Positions 41,001-50,771 of a stretch of DNA of 64,000 bases are shown in pieces. Source of the DNA: Stylophora pistillata (lineage: Eukaryota); contig NW_019217826.1 in assembly GCF_002571385.2 (NCBI RefSeq), positions 81,172-145,171 on the forward strand, read 5' to 3'. How positions within the stretch are numbered: position 1 is the stretch's first letter; each line of letters opens with the position of its first letter. Both the position numbers and the translations under genes were made by a program. The notes beneath the pieces are model-generated. The model made no database searches, was not told the DNA's origin, and saw only the letters and a list, made by a program, of their open reading frames with translations.

Positions 41001-42605
41001 TTTCTCATCAATACTTGGTGAGGCCAAAGGTAAAATGATTGGAAGAGAAGCATTAAATGCACCTTTTTCTAGCCCTGGAACACCGGCATTACCATTTGAT
41101 AAAGAGGCTGCTGATGGCAGAGGTTGAAGCACTAAAACAGGTTTCTCTTCATGCACGACAATCTGAGGTTGGTAGTAGAAAGGAAGTTTTGAGGCATGAC
41201 ACTCTTTTCCGCCAAGGATGCTGTCAAGATTTCCATGGGTGGAAAGTACTTGATCTTTTACTAAACTCAGGTTTTCAAGTGATGTCTGTGTGCCTGTTGA
41301 AGACAACGATGACAGTCTCTCTAAAACTGGGGCAGTGACATACGAATGTTCTTTGCAGACATCTTCAGGTACCATTTCATCATCTATGACAGCAACATCG
41401 TCATCCTTAGATCCAGTCATTAGCAAGGAAAGTTGGGTCCCTTCAGCCAATTGTCTTACATTGCCTTTCAACTTTTCTGATTGCTCAGCAAATGACTCAC
41501 TTGGTGTAACAGCCTCTGACAGATCACTTTCACTCGATGTCACCACAGAATGCGAAGATGATGCCATCTCATCTTCATCTGATGATGATGAATCGGCATC
41601 ATCTACTTTGGATTCATCACTCTCCAAAACATCTGTTGCCAGTGACTGGGGCACAGAAGACACATGATACATAGAGGGTGTTCCCTCTTCAACAGAGGCT
41701 TTGTTGGTCTCACTTTCTACAGAAACAACTCTCACAGCCTCTTTCCCATCTACATCTTCAATCTCAGAAAAACAGTCCTCAGCTTTGCCTTGCAATAACT
41801 CGGGTAATTTTTCATCTTCACTTGAATTAGCATATTCTGGGAAGGAACTCACAGAATTTACACCTGTAGTACTTAATGTATTTGCCAAACTTTCATCTTT
41901 GTATGGAAATTCAGACAACTTCTTCTCTCCAATTGGAGTGACATTGCTTATGTCAACAGAACAAACAGAATTGTCACTTGTGGTATCATCGAGTTGATGC
42001 GCTGACTTTTCATCAGTAACAAAGTCATTTTTGCTATCCTCCTTTCCATCCACTGCAGCATTAACATCATCAACAGCAACAGTTGTGACACAATCATCAA
42101 TGTTGCCATCAGCTTCAGATCTAAACTGATCTTTTATCTTGTCCTCTTCATCAGACACTTCAGAAAACCTGTCATCATCCTTTGAAGTGAAGACACTTCC
42201 ACCTTCTATTTCATAGGAATTATTACCACTAGCTGCATTTTCATCTGCTATATGGCTATCTTTACCCTCTCCCAGTCCATTGGATACAACATGGTCTCTC
42301 TCAATGTTATTTTTTTCAACTTGATCAGATAATTCAGGTAAATGTTGCAATTTCTCAAGGCTATTATCATTCTCACAACCATCTGCAGCCTCTACAGATG
42401 GTTTCTCCTCAGAATCTGGTGCTTCATTTGGCTGGGATATCAACCTCATTAGAGAGTCATATTCCTCTTGAGGAGCATTCTTCATAGCCATGGCAAGTTT
42501 CAAAGCACTTTGCAATGCTTCAGGTGAAAAATTTTGGCTCAAACTTTTGATCACATCACTAGTATCAGAATGTTCTGATCTGCCATCATGAGCTCCAATT
42601 TCCAT
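24080..42605 (-). CDS. ZFYVE9: SARA/endofin (ZFYVE9/ZFYVE16)-like FYVE-domain endosomal protein. Coding exons 42605-40086, 39438-39325, 38263-38164, 36937-35660, 35461-35396, 34944-34774, 33570-33473, 32566-32437, 29683-29577, 28368-28273, 26935-26773, 26447-26367, 24926-24472, 24217-24080 (~1838 codons; in-frame TGA at 39339-39337)
   Basis: All 13 introns are GT-AG with compatible phases. Long acidic N-terminus; FYVE finger WVPD..C..C...F....RKHHC*GCGK|IFC..CC...RVC..C; Pro/Gln/Ser-rich linker. C-terminal segments ([55 protein letters not shown]) line up by eye with the SARA/endofin C-terminal domain. ZFYVE9 versus ZFYVE16 cannot be resolved. Confidence 0.85.
25075..25355 (-). mobile_element. 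tRNA-derived SINE with CORE-like central domain
   Basis: Minus strand shows A/B-box-like GTGGCCTCACGTTAG...GGTTCGAGCCC, then TTGGGCAAGACACTTTACTCTCACAGTGCCTCTC resembling the CORE-SINE domain. A decayed relative lies at ~11480-11610. Confidence 0.75.
25657..25701 (-). ncRNA. Minimal type I hammerhead ribozyme motif, inverted copy, sense to the ZFYVE pre-mRNA
   Basis: Exact reverse complement of 25965-26009. Confidence 0.72.
25965..26009 (+). ncRNA. Minimal type I hammerhead ribozyme motif
   Basis: Stem I TGACT/AGTCA, core CTGATGA (25970-25976), stem II GAC/GTC, then GAAA and CGTC. This gives a GUC cleavage triplet and the short palindromic helix III typical of Penelope-associated minimal hammerheads. 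Confidence 0.75.
27232..27477. mobile_element. Short TTAA-flanked MITE family (TTAACCCTTT...AAAGGGTTAA). Relatives at ~8835-9040, ~20935-21065, ~30309-30410, ~36963-37070, ~38443-39210, ~39590-39790, 57780-58275
   Basis: Short TIR CCCTTT/AAAGGG with TTAA outside (piggyBac-like), and a shared body 'catattctccatactgttctctatacatttcct..ggagaatttg..tcaagagcttct'. Confidence 0.7.
27790..28220. mobile_element. Solo copy of the TTAA-flanked ~430-bp MITE seen at 3653-4803
   Basis: TTAA-ACACGAAGGCGCGCTATA ... TATAGCGCGCCTTCGTGT-TTAA, nearly identical to the copies at 3.7-4.8 kb. Confidence 0.85.
28851..29461. repeat. ~610-bp polypurine (GA-rich) low-complexity tandem repeat in a ZFYVE intron
   Basis: Units like GAGGAGAAGGAAGAAGA; almost only A/G on the + strand. 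Confidence 0.95.
30417..30619. repeat. Compound trinucleotide microsatellite (GTT/GTA/GCA/GCG/GTG)
   Basis: Direct reading; it explains the poly-T, poly-V and YH pseudo-ORFs. Confidence 0.95.
30627..31504. mobile_element. Non-autonomous DNA element with ~40-bp TIRs (AGGGAGTTTAAGCAAATCACTACGGCTGGCGCTGCTACGG), possibly PIF/Harbinger-like
   Basis: TIR at 30627-30667 and its reverse complement at ~31464-31504. It contains a nested hammerhead-bearing fragment at ~30936-31020. Confidence 0.7.
30936..30969 (+). ncRNA. Hammerhead-like motif with variant core (CCGACGA) in a Penelope-type fragment
   Basis: GCT-CCGACGA-A-GGGC TAAC GCTC-GAAA-CGTC-AGC; same family as 33664-33907. Confidence 0.5.
31555..32074. 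mobile_element. Two ~175-bp hAT-like MITE copies (~31555-31729, ~31887-32074)
   Basis: Termini CAGGGTTCGACACTAAC ... GTTAGTGTCG(C/A)GCCCTG; the two copies are highly similar. Confidence 0.6.
32080..32255. repeat. 11-bp minisatellite (TTGATATTGTA)n
   Basis: About 16 tandem units. Confidence 0.95.
32750..33125 (-). mobile_element. tRNA-derived SINE, same family as ~55895-56110 on +
   Basis: Head GGTTAACTCAGGTTGAAGGGCGCCGGACTGCCGTGTGGGAGGTCGAGGGTTCAAGCTCC with A/B boxes; shared 'gaggagaa' and 'cttctcggataaggacga' body. Confidence 0.65.
33664..33907. mobile_element. Penelope-type short palindromic element with hammerhead-like cores, in a ZFYVE intron
   Basis: Inverted arms ~33721-33809 and ~33819-33907. 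Core CCGACGAAGGGCTAACGCTCGAAACGTCAGC at 33817-33847. Flanked by 13-bp direct repeat AAAGCTATGTGAA (33651-33663 and 33908-33920). Confidence 0.78.
38549..39092. mobile_element. Kolobok-like non-autonomous element (TTAA TSD, AG...CT termini, long imperfect TIRs), nested in a TTAA-MITE between the two FYVE exons
   Basis: TTAA-AGTGCATATGACACGAAA...TTTCGTGTCAAATGCACT-TTAA, with inverted similarity over roughly 150-200 bp. Confidence 0.7.
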
Positions 42606-43016
42606 GGCTCTCTAGTACACTTGCACAGGTACACAAACTTGGACAACAAGGAAGTTCTCTGACTTGTAATTTGTCAATGGTTCATCTATAAATGATGGGA
42701 CAGTAGAAAGACAGGCCCCGGTTGTGGTGAGAGAAGGAGCCTCAAGGAATATGTGAAAGAACAATTAAGATTCACTTCTGTTTCTCTATTCTCCTCTCTT
42801 ACATTTCCCTGCAGGCTAAATAAATGATACACATTGTTATTTATCTGGGAAAAACTTGATAATTTGATTGTAAGATATTAGACAACCTCATTCAAAACAA
42901 ATTAATTGATGAATATTTTGAATCCAGAAACATTAAGGATCTTGTGTACTTAGGGCATCTGTCAGTGGATTATTAGTGATAGTTTTGATTGACACATCCA
43001 TCAAGTTTTGGTGGAT

Positions 43017-46000
43017 ATTAAGAACATGTCCACAAGAGCACCAGGCAGTCATGATACATGCGATCTCACCAATTTCAATGAAACTTTGCCAGTTCAAAGG
43101 ATCTACTCCAAAACTCAAAATGACAAACTGGTTTCTGCTTTGGTTATTTCCAGGGGGAGATAGACCAGCCCCCCGCTTTTTTTTAGGTTTTCACTAAAAA
43201 TGGCCTCAAAATTGGTAAAATGTAAGAAGCTCTTACTGCAACTGAATTGCACAAATTACTGTAATGGTTTGCATACATATTGGTACGTCCTTAATGAACA
43301 TAAGATACAAGTTTCAATCAATTTGATTGACAGCTTGTCAATCAAAAGAGGTGAATAAATTAGTGTGTTTTTACACTTTTCGATTCACCCAAATATTTGG
43401 TAACTTTGAGGTCAAATATCTCCCCCTTGCCAGAAAGCTACAACACTAATTTAAATGCCCCTTTCTAGTCCATTATTTCATCTCTGAAAATCATTCAAAA
43501 CATCTTTGGGCACTGCCATATTTTTGTCTGGAATGCCTTTGAAATCTAAGACTGTGAAAGCTTCTCTCAACTAAACCTGTCATGCAATTCTAGCTGTAGG
43601 CAGTTATTTACGCAAGTATACCATCATTTTATAGCTTGTTAAACAAGATAATTATTCAAGGAAGCTAAGAAAGTAGGCAACTTTCCAGATTCTTGGTAGA
43701 AATTGGAAATTTCACGTTTAAAGAGAGGCATATAGGTGAAATATTGATGAGAGAATCGTACAGTTTCTCCCTTCTGTCGTTTATTTAAAAGATTTGCAAA
43801 AAAATAGGCAAATATGGCTTTCTTACAGCAATAAACATTTATCAGTCTTTAATTTGATTGTTTATTACCATAGTTTACAATCAAGAGATTGTAACAGGAG
43901 AGGAGATTTTAAAGTCACACGCCGCATACTTGTTGACATACAAGTTTCTGTTTGCAGTACAGACAAGGAGCTCTGCCTTCTTGCTTGAAAGGAAACTTCA
44001 ATAGCTATGTTAAGTTAATAAACTGCACTATTATTCCAGAAAATAAAACTAGAATGGTGTTATCGTTGTCACTTACTACTATAGAACATTTCCTTGGAGA
44101 ACTTGGCCAAACTAAATATCTGTGGAGTGACTTACAAATGTTTCATAGGGATATGAATTATTCAAGCACGTTGTTCGCCCTGTCTGCTAAGGAACAACTT
44201 TTGAAAAATTCTGCAGATCTCTTTGCTATTTGCTTGCTTATTGATCAAAAAAATATCTGCATTTTTTTAAGGTATGCTGTAACTATTGAATAAAATATGC
44301 ATCTCTCTCGTCCTCAATCTTAAATTGCCTTTACTTCAAGAATGAGGCCACAATATTTTGATCAGTGGGCTCCGTGCAAGTTTCCATTCAAGTTAGTTAA
44401 TGATGAAAAAAGTTTTAAAAAAATCCAGTTGTTTCTGGAAGCATGACAATCAATTTGAACAAAAAACAAGAGGCAAAGGTCTGTATTTTTAGTAACCTAG
44501 TGGTAGCTGTGCCCTAGCCTGTGGTCTTCGACTAGATTTTGCCACTTCACATATGCTAAAAAGTTATGAAAATTGAATCAGATGTAGATTTCTAGAAAGT
44601 GTGAATGGGGTTAACTGTAAACTGAAAGATAGCTGTAAATTCTCATGATTAGCTGAGCTCCTTTTGCTCGCAAATTAAACAGTGAATTATAATGCGCAAT
44701 TGATAAAAAATCTACCCCTGGCAGCTGGCAACTTAAAGAGGACAAAATGAATAATCTAAAGTTAAAGGTCCCACCTTATCTTCTACCTTGTTTGGTCAGT
44801 TTCGACATCTAAGGCTAGATCATCCGCATCAGCCTCTTCGTCCTCAGTCATGCTTACAGCGGGGGACCTCTGCAGTAAACCAGTTCTGGTTTGCGCAGAT
44901 AGTCAGCTGAAGTATCTACCAATCTGCTGCTCTGTCAACCACTCAGTCTTGGAGAACATTTTCTGGCCACAGTCATCTCTTAAACTCTTCATTTGGGAAG
45001 CCACATCTAATGCTGTTGCCTTCTTAACAGTTTCCTCCCCTGTCCAGAACACCTCTACAAGATAATTCTTTGCTTTCTGATAGAAGGCAACTACTTTCCG
45101 CATTTTCTGAAGGAACCACTTGAGGTCCACCTGGGATTGTTCATCTGGATCTTTGGGTGAGGTCTGACCATGAACGTAGCCAACACCTACAGAATGGACA
45201 GCCTCCATACATTTCCTCTTGATCGTGTCATAGGTGGATTCTTTTGTCAGCTTCACCGAGTGTTTGCTGATGTCAAGGTGCTTTTGGAGGTCAGCCAACC
45301 ACTGAAACACCTTGATACACCCTTCCTCTTGACAAGAAAATATCTAGCTTTCTTCTTCTGTCTGTGTAGGATTGGGTAGTTCTCATGATGGCCCAGGTTC
45401 AGACATCTGCACAGGACACAGAGAACTACCTGCTTCTACATTTGGGTTGCTGAAGGTTTCCATTGTGACGAGCCTAATGAGGCCCTGGGGTGTTCCAAAC
45501 CATGCCAGCTAGTCTGCATTGTAAAACTTTCCACCTCCAATATCATAAGCACGCCACATTCTCAAGCCTCTATTCCCATATGACAAGTTATTCAATGCCT
45601 GTATGCTGGTCACGGTATGTTTGGTGATTGCTTGTGCAGATGGCTAAACTTGACACACTGTTGCATAGCAGCCCTTCACTTCGCCCGGCTTAGGAGCAAG
45701 ATGACAGTTTTATTTTGCTTCTTTTTTTTTTTTTTCCTTAATCAAAACCTTTTTTTGAATGATAAATTAGTGAGCATACTTGATTTAATCTCCTACACGT
45801 TTCATCTGACAATATCAGACTTCATCAAGGAGTTTTTCCAAGTATGGTAAATCTCACTTATTTCAATATCTATTTTCAACCTGTACGCAAAGTGTGAAGC
45901 AAGTGTTAAGGTGTCCCCAAGATGTTGTGCATCAGTGACATATTTTGGACGTTACATGCATGAGTATGTGATGAGTTTGAGGGTCACCGACTTGGTGAAG

Positions 46001-48478
46001 CAAACAGAAGGCATCTGCAAAGACCCAAGGTGTGCCAAAGGTGTTGTACGTGCATGACATTTTTTAGACATTACATGAACGTGTATGGTTGTGTTTGGGG
46101 TCACAATAACATCTTTAACCCTCAAACACATCACGTACTCATACATGTAACGTGTCTAGTTTATCATTTACAAAATTTTCTGACAAAAAAGAAAATTTGA
46201 TGAATTATAGTGATAAAAAAGCAACGAAAGCGTATGTTGCTGGCCCATTTGCAGCATTCAGAAATGTTTTAAACGAGACCTAGACACCTGAGCGTGACAC
46301 TGCACAATGAAACCCCCAAGAGTACCATGTAACATCTGGCTTGCACAATCATACAGGAAAGGCCACAACATTCAGGGAAAATAATGGCAGATGCAGATGA
46401 AATTTGCTGGCAAAAACCAGACAGCTGTAATGAAAAAGGTTTTGAGAACATTCTGGTGGTGTTACCTTGAAAAGGGGCTTGATTGATAATTATGAGAGGT
46501 CATGAGGTCAGGCTATAAATACCATTTTTGTGTGGAAATTTCATTATGTGGTAAGTGGCAACAACAACACTTCCCAGTCTTATTTTCTGGAGAAATAATG
46601 CAATTTTTTATGAACTTGATAGAGCTACTGGTATCTCCTTTCAAGCGAGAGAGCAGAGTTTCTCGTCATCCACTGTATGTAAAAGCCGAAGTTGTTGTAC
46701 TCAGGAACTCGTATGTTAACAAGCATGCGGCATGTGACTTTAAAATCTCCTCTCCTGTTACAATCTCTTGATTATAAACTGTGATAATAAACAATCAAAT
46801 CAAAGACTAATGAATGTTTTTTACCGTAAGAAAGCCATATTTGCCTATTTTTAGCAAATCTCCTAAATAAATGACAAAAGGGAGAAACAGTACAATTCTC
46901 CTATCAATATTTCACCTACATGCCTCTCTTTAAACATGAAATTTCCAATTTCTACTGAGAATCTGGAAAGTTGCCTACATTTCTTAGCTTCCTTGATTAA
47001 TTATCTTGTTTAATGAGCTTTAAAATGATGGTATACTTGCCTAAATAACTGCCTACAGCTGGAATTGTGTGACAAGTGTAGTTGAGAGAAGCTTTCAGAG
47101 TCATAGATTTCAAAAGGCATTCCAGACAAAAATATGGCAGTGCCCAAAGATTTTTTAAATGATTTTCAGAGATGAAATTATGGACTAGAAAGGGGCAATC
47201 AAATTAGTGTTGTAGCTTTCTGGCAAGGGGAGATATTTGACCTCAAAGTTACCATATATTTGGGTGAATCGAAAGGTGTAAAAACACACTAATTTATTCA
47301 CCCCTGTTGATTGACAAGACATCAATCCAATTGATTGAAACTTGTATTGTATGCTCATTAAGGACATACCAATATGTATGCAAACCATCACAGTAATTTG
47401 TCAAATACAGTCGCAGGAAGAGCTTCTTACATTTTACCTATTTTGAGGCCATTTTTAGTGAAAACCTAGAAAAACCGGGGGGTATGNNNNNNNNNNNNNN
47501 NNNNNNNNNNNNNNNNNNNNNNNNNNNNNNNNNNNNNNNNNNNNNNNNNNNNNNNNNNNNNNNNNNNNNNNNNNNNNNNNNNNNNNNNNNNNNNNNNNNN
47601 NNNNNNNNNNNNNNNNNNNNNNNNNNNNNNNNNNNNNNNNNNNNNNNNNNNNNNNNNNNNNNNNNNNNNNNNNNNNNNNNNNNNNNNNNNNNNNNNNNNN
47701 NNNNNNNNNNNNNNNNNNNNNNNNNNNNNNNNNNNNNNNNNNNNNNNNNNNNNNNNNNNNNNNNNNNNNNNNNNNNNNNNNNNNNNNNNNNNNNNNNNNN
47801 NNNNNNNNNNNNNNNNNNNNNNNNNNNNNNNNNNNNNNNNNNNNNNNNNNNNNNNNNNNNNNNNNNNNNNNNNNNNNNNNNNNNNNNNNNNNNNNNNNNN
47901 NNNNNNNNNNNNNNNNNNNNNNNNNNNNNNNNNNNNNNNNNNNNNNNNNNNNNNNNNNNNNNNNNNNNNNNNNNNNNNNNNNNNNNNNNNNNNNNNNNNN
48001 NNNNNNNNNNNNNNNNNNNNNNNNNNNNNNNNNNNNNNNNNNNNNNNNNNNNNNNNNNNNNNNNNNNNNNNNNNNNNNNNNNNNNNNNNNNNNNNNNNNN
48101 NNNNNNNNNNNNNNNNNNNNNNNNNNNNNNNNNNNNNNNNNNNNNNNNNNNNNNNNNNNNNNNNNNNNNNNNNNNNNNNNNNNNNNNNNNNNNNNNNNNN
48201 NNNNNNNNNNNNNNNNNNNNNNNNNNNNNNNNNNNNNNNNNNNNNNNNNNNNNNNNNNNNNNNNNNNNNNNNNNNNNNNNNNNNNNNNNNNNNNNNNNNN
48301 NNNNNNNNNNNNNNNNNNNNNNNNNNNNNNNNNNNNNNGGAAATAACCAAAGCAGAAACCAGTTTGTCATTTTGAGTTTTGGGGTAGATCCTTTCAACTG
48401 GCAATGAAAATTTCACTGAAATCAGTGAGATGGCATGTATCACGCCTGCCTGGTGCTCTCATGGACACGTTCTCAATA
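43017..48478 (-). mobile_element. Decayed long-TIR DNA transposon (Sola3-like) upstream of the ZFYVE start codon
   Basis: ~930-bp inverted repeats (43017-~43950 versus ~46703-48478, the latter interrupted by an N gap); right terminus ...GTTCTC. Internal minus-strand fragments SIQALNNLSYGNRGLRMWRAYDIGGGK, C2H2 finger FSCQEEGCIKVFQWLADLQKHLDISKH and YLVEVFWTGEETVKKA..MKSLRD..WLTEQQIGRYFS, broken by stops. The superfamily call is from memory of Sola3 features. Confidence 0.65.
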
Positions 48479-48519
48479 TATCAGCTGAGCGTCAGTTATA
48501 ACGTAGCTCAAGTTGGTAG

Positions 48520-48990
48520 ATCATCATCATCATCATCATCATAGTTTATTTAATAAAGCAGGTTGAGGGGTAGGCAAGACATTAAGTTCTGATGGGACCT
48601 GCACTAATTAAAATTATCAATTAATAAAAACCTAGATAGTGAATAAATCGAAAATGGGTATATAAGTAATGACAATTAAAATAAATAGATATTAAGAACA
48701 ACAAAGAGTGAATATTAAAAAGTATTTAAAGTCAAAAGATTTGTTGGAAACGCTGCAAGAAGCTTTAGCAAAACTGATAGATTTCAGAACTCTCTTATTT
48801 TCCTTAAGTTTTCTCTTGAAAGAAGTTAAGTTTGAACAGTTCTTGATGTCTTCAGGAAGGAGGTTCCAGGATAGTGTGGCTCTGTGCTTAAACTAAGATC
48901 TTCCCATTTCTGTTCTTGGTCTATGAACGTCAACTTTTAAGGATTTTCTTGAGTCAAAAGGAGTCTCGGATTTGACTATTAAGTCATTTA
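48520..48990 (-). mobile_element. LINE 3' end fragment
   Basis: Minus frame ..VDVHRPRTEMGRS*FKHRATLSWNLLPEDIKNCSNLTSFKRKLK.., then AATAAA and an (ATG)n tail at 48520-48542. Confidence 0.7.
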
Positions 48991-49106
48991 GGGGTTCCAA
49001 TGGCCACCACAATTGGTTGACACTTGGTCAGTGCATTGGTGGACACTCAGCCAACACCTTGATCGTTACGCTGCCATCAATAGTCAGCAGCCTATTGGTC
49101 AGTTGT

Positions 49107-49551
49107 CAGTAAAATTGAAGAAGAGCTCCCCAAAATATCTGTCAGCCAACTGTCGGCCGACTGTTGGCGAATGAAACACAGAAAACACAACAGAAACACA
49201 ACGAAAACACGGGCTCGTGCAATTTTGTGAGTCTTTGAAAAAATTTACTCGTATTGTTAAATCTAAGTAACTAAACAATTCCAATTTTAGCAGAACGAAA
49301 TGTGTCAGTCAGATACTACACTCAAGTTCACATAAATGAAGATCGATATGCAGAATAATGCCTCGCACTCGAAATTTACCTTTATCGCATGGCGTTCGTC
49401 AAAATTTATTTTGGCTAATTGTGAAAGTTCAAACTTACCAAGATGACAGTCTATTTACACGTTTCTGTATTTGTTTTCATAGTGTTTCCTGTGTTTCATT
49501 CACGAACAGTCGGCCGACAGATATTTTGGGGAGCTGTTCTTCAATTTTACC
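49107..49551. mobile_element. MITE with ~80-bp TIRs
   Basis: GTAAAATTGAAGAAGAGCTCCCCAAAATATCTGTC.. pairs with ..GACAGATATTTTGGGGAGCTGTTCTTCAATTTTAC. Confidence 0.7.
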
Positions 49552-50447
49552 CAATTGTCAGTGGTGTATTGGTGGAGTGGCACTGGTTTGTGTCTATTGT
49601 TAACCGTTGTTTTGCTGAGATGGCAGCCGTCTTCTAACCCCTTCCCTTACCCACAGGAGACATGAAAGAACAGAGGCTACTGCCTATTCCCTTGTGTTGA
49701 TAGAGCAAAGATACGACTTGGGTTAATAGTAAAAGAATAGAACTTAGAAACAATCTCAGCCAGTGTTGGTAAAGTATCGGCCAAGTACCATCCAAGTGTT
49801 GGTTAAGTATTAGCCAAGTGTTGGCCAAGTATAGTCTAACAGTGTGTTGGTCAAGAAGCAACCAATGTCGTTTGACAAGTCAACTGAGTGTGGGCCTATA
49901 TATGGGCCAATACTCAGTCAATATGTTGACCAACACTCTGTTGACATGTCCACCAGTACTCGGTCAAAACTTGACAAACAGATGCCTTAGTACACAATAT
50001 CCAACACTGATCTCACAATTTATCATAACTACCAAACTATGACTGAATTTTAATGTTGCAGTTTGATTTTGGTCAATCAGCATTACTGAAAAATGAAAGG
50101 AAACATGGGAAACATGGATTGATGATCAGTCTTTCACTATCACAAAGATTTAATGAGATACAATGAAATATATGAAGTTCATATATTTTGAACTGCGGTA
50201 TTAGATACGTATGATGCACGATCCTCGCAGTAGATAGCGCTATTTAAGCAATAGCGAAAATCAGACCTGATTTTTTTTCAGGTCTGATTTTCGCTATTGC
50301 TTAAATAGCGCTATCTACTGCGAGGATCGTGCATCATACGTATCTAATACCGCAGTTCAAAATATATGAACTTCATATATTTCATTGTATCTGATTTATC
50401 ACTTTCACGGGTTTATTACGAATCAACTTAACGGCCTGCTCCCAGTT

Positions 50448-50520
50448 GGCTTGTTAGCTCAATTGGTAGAGCGCTGCACTAGTATCGCAGAGGTCAGTGG
50501 TTCGAATCCCGTACAGGCCT
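50448..50520 (+). tRNA. tRNA-Thr(AGT)-like sequence within the repeat unit, probably a pseudo-tRNA or SINE head
   Basis: Acceptor stem GGCTTGT/ACAGGCC, D arm GCTC/GAGC, anticodon loop CTAGTAT, T loop TTCGAAT, and a T7 terminator just downstream. Mismatches in the T stem and anticodon stem. Confidence 0.55.
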
Positions 50521-50698
50521 GATTTTTTTCAGGTCTGATTTTCGCTATTGCTTAAATAGCGCTATCTACTGCGAGGATCGTGCATCATACGTATCTAATA
50601 CCGCAGTTCAAAATATATGAACTTCATATATTTCATTGTATCTGATTTATCACTTTCACGGGTTTATTACGAATCAACTTAACGGCCTGCTCCCAGTT

Positions 50699-50771
50699 GG
50701 CTTGTTAGCTCAATTGGTAGAGCGCTGCACTAGTATCGCAGAGGTCAGTGGTTCGAATCCCGTACAGGCCT
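50699..50771 (+). tRNA. Second identical tRNA-Thr(AGT)-like sequence
   Basis: Identical to 50448-50520. Confidence 0.55.

Noticed and set aside
40116-41997. Several plus-strand ORFs of 60-125 aa
   Set aside because: They are antisense shadows of the large ZFYVE exon.
44903-45310. Standalone 135-aa host gene
   Set aside because: It lies between long TIRs with upstream in-frame stops, so it is a transposon ORF remnant.
47438-48443. 300+ aa ORFs
   Set aside because: They run through an N gap.
50448-50771. Functional tRNA-Thr gene pair
   Set aside because: T-stem and anticodon-stem mismatches, and embedding in a TSD-flanked repeat, favour a mobile-element module.
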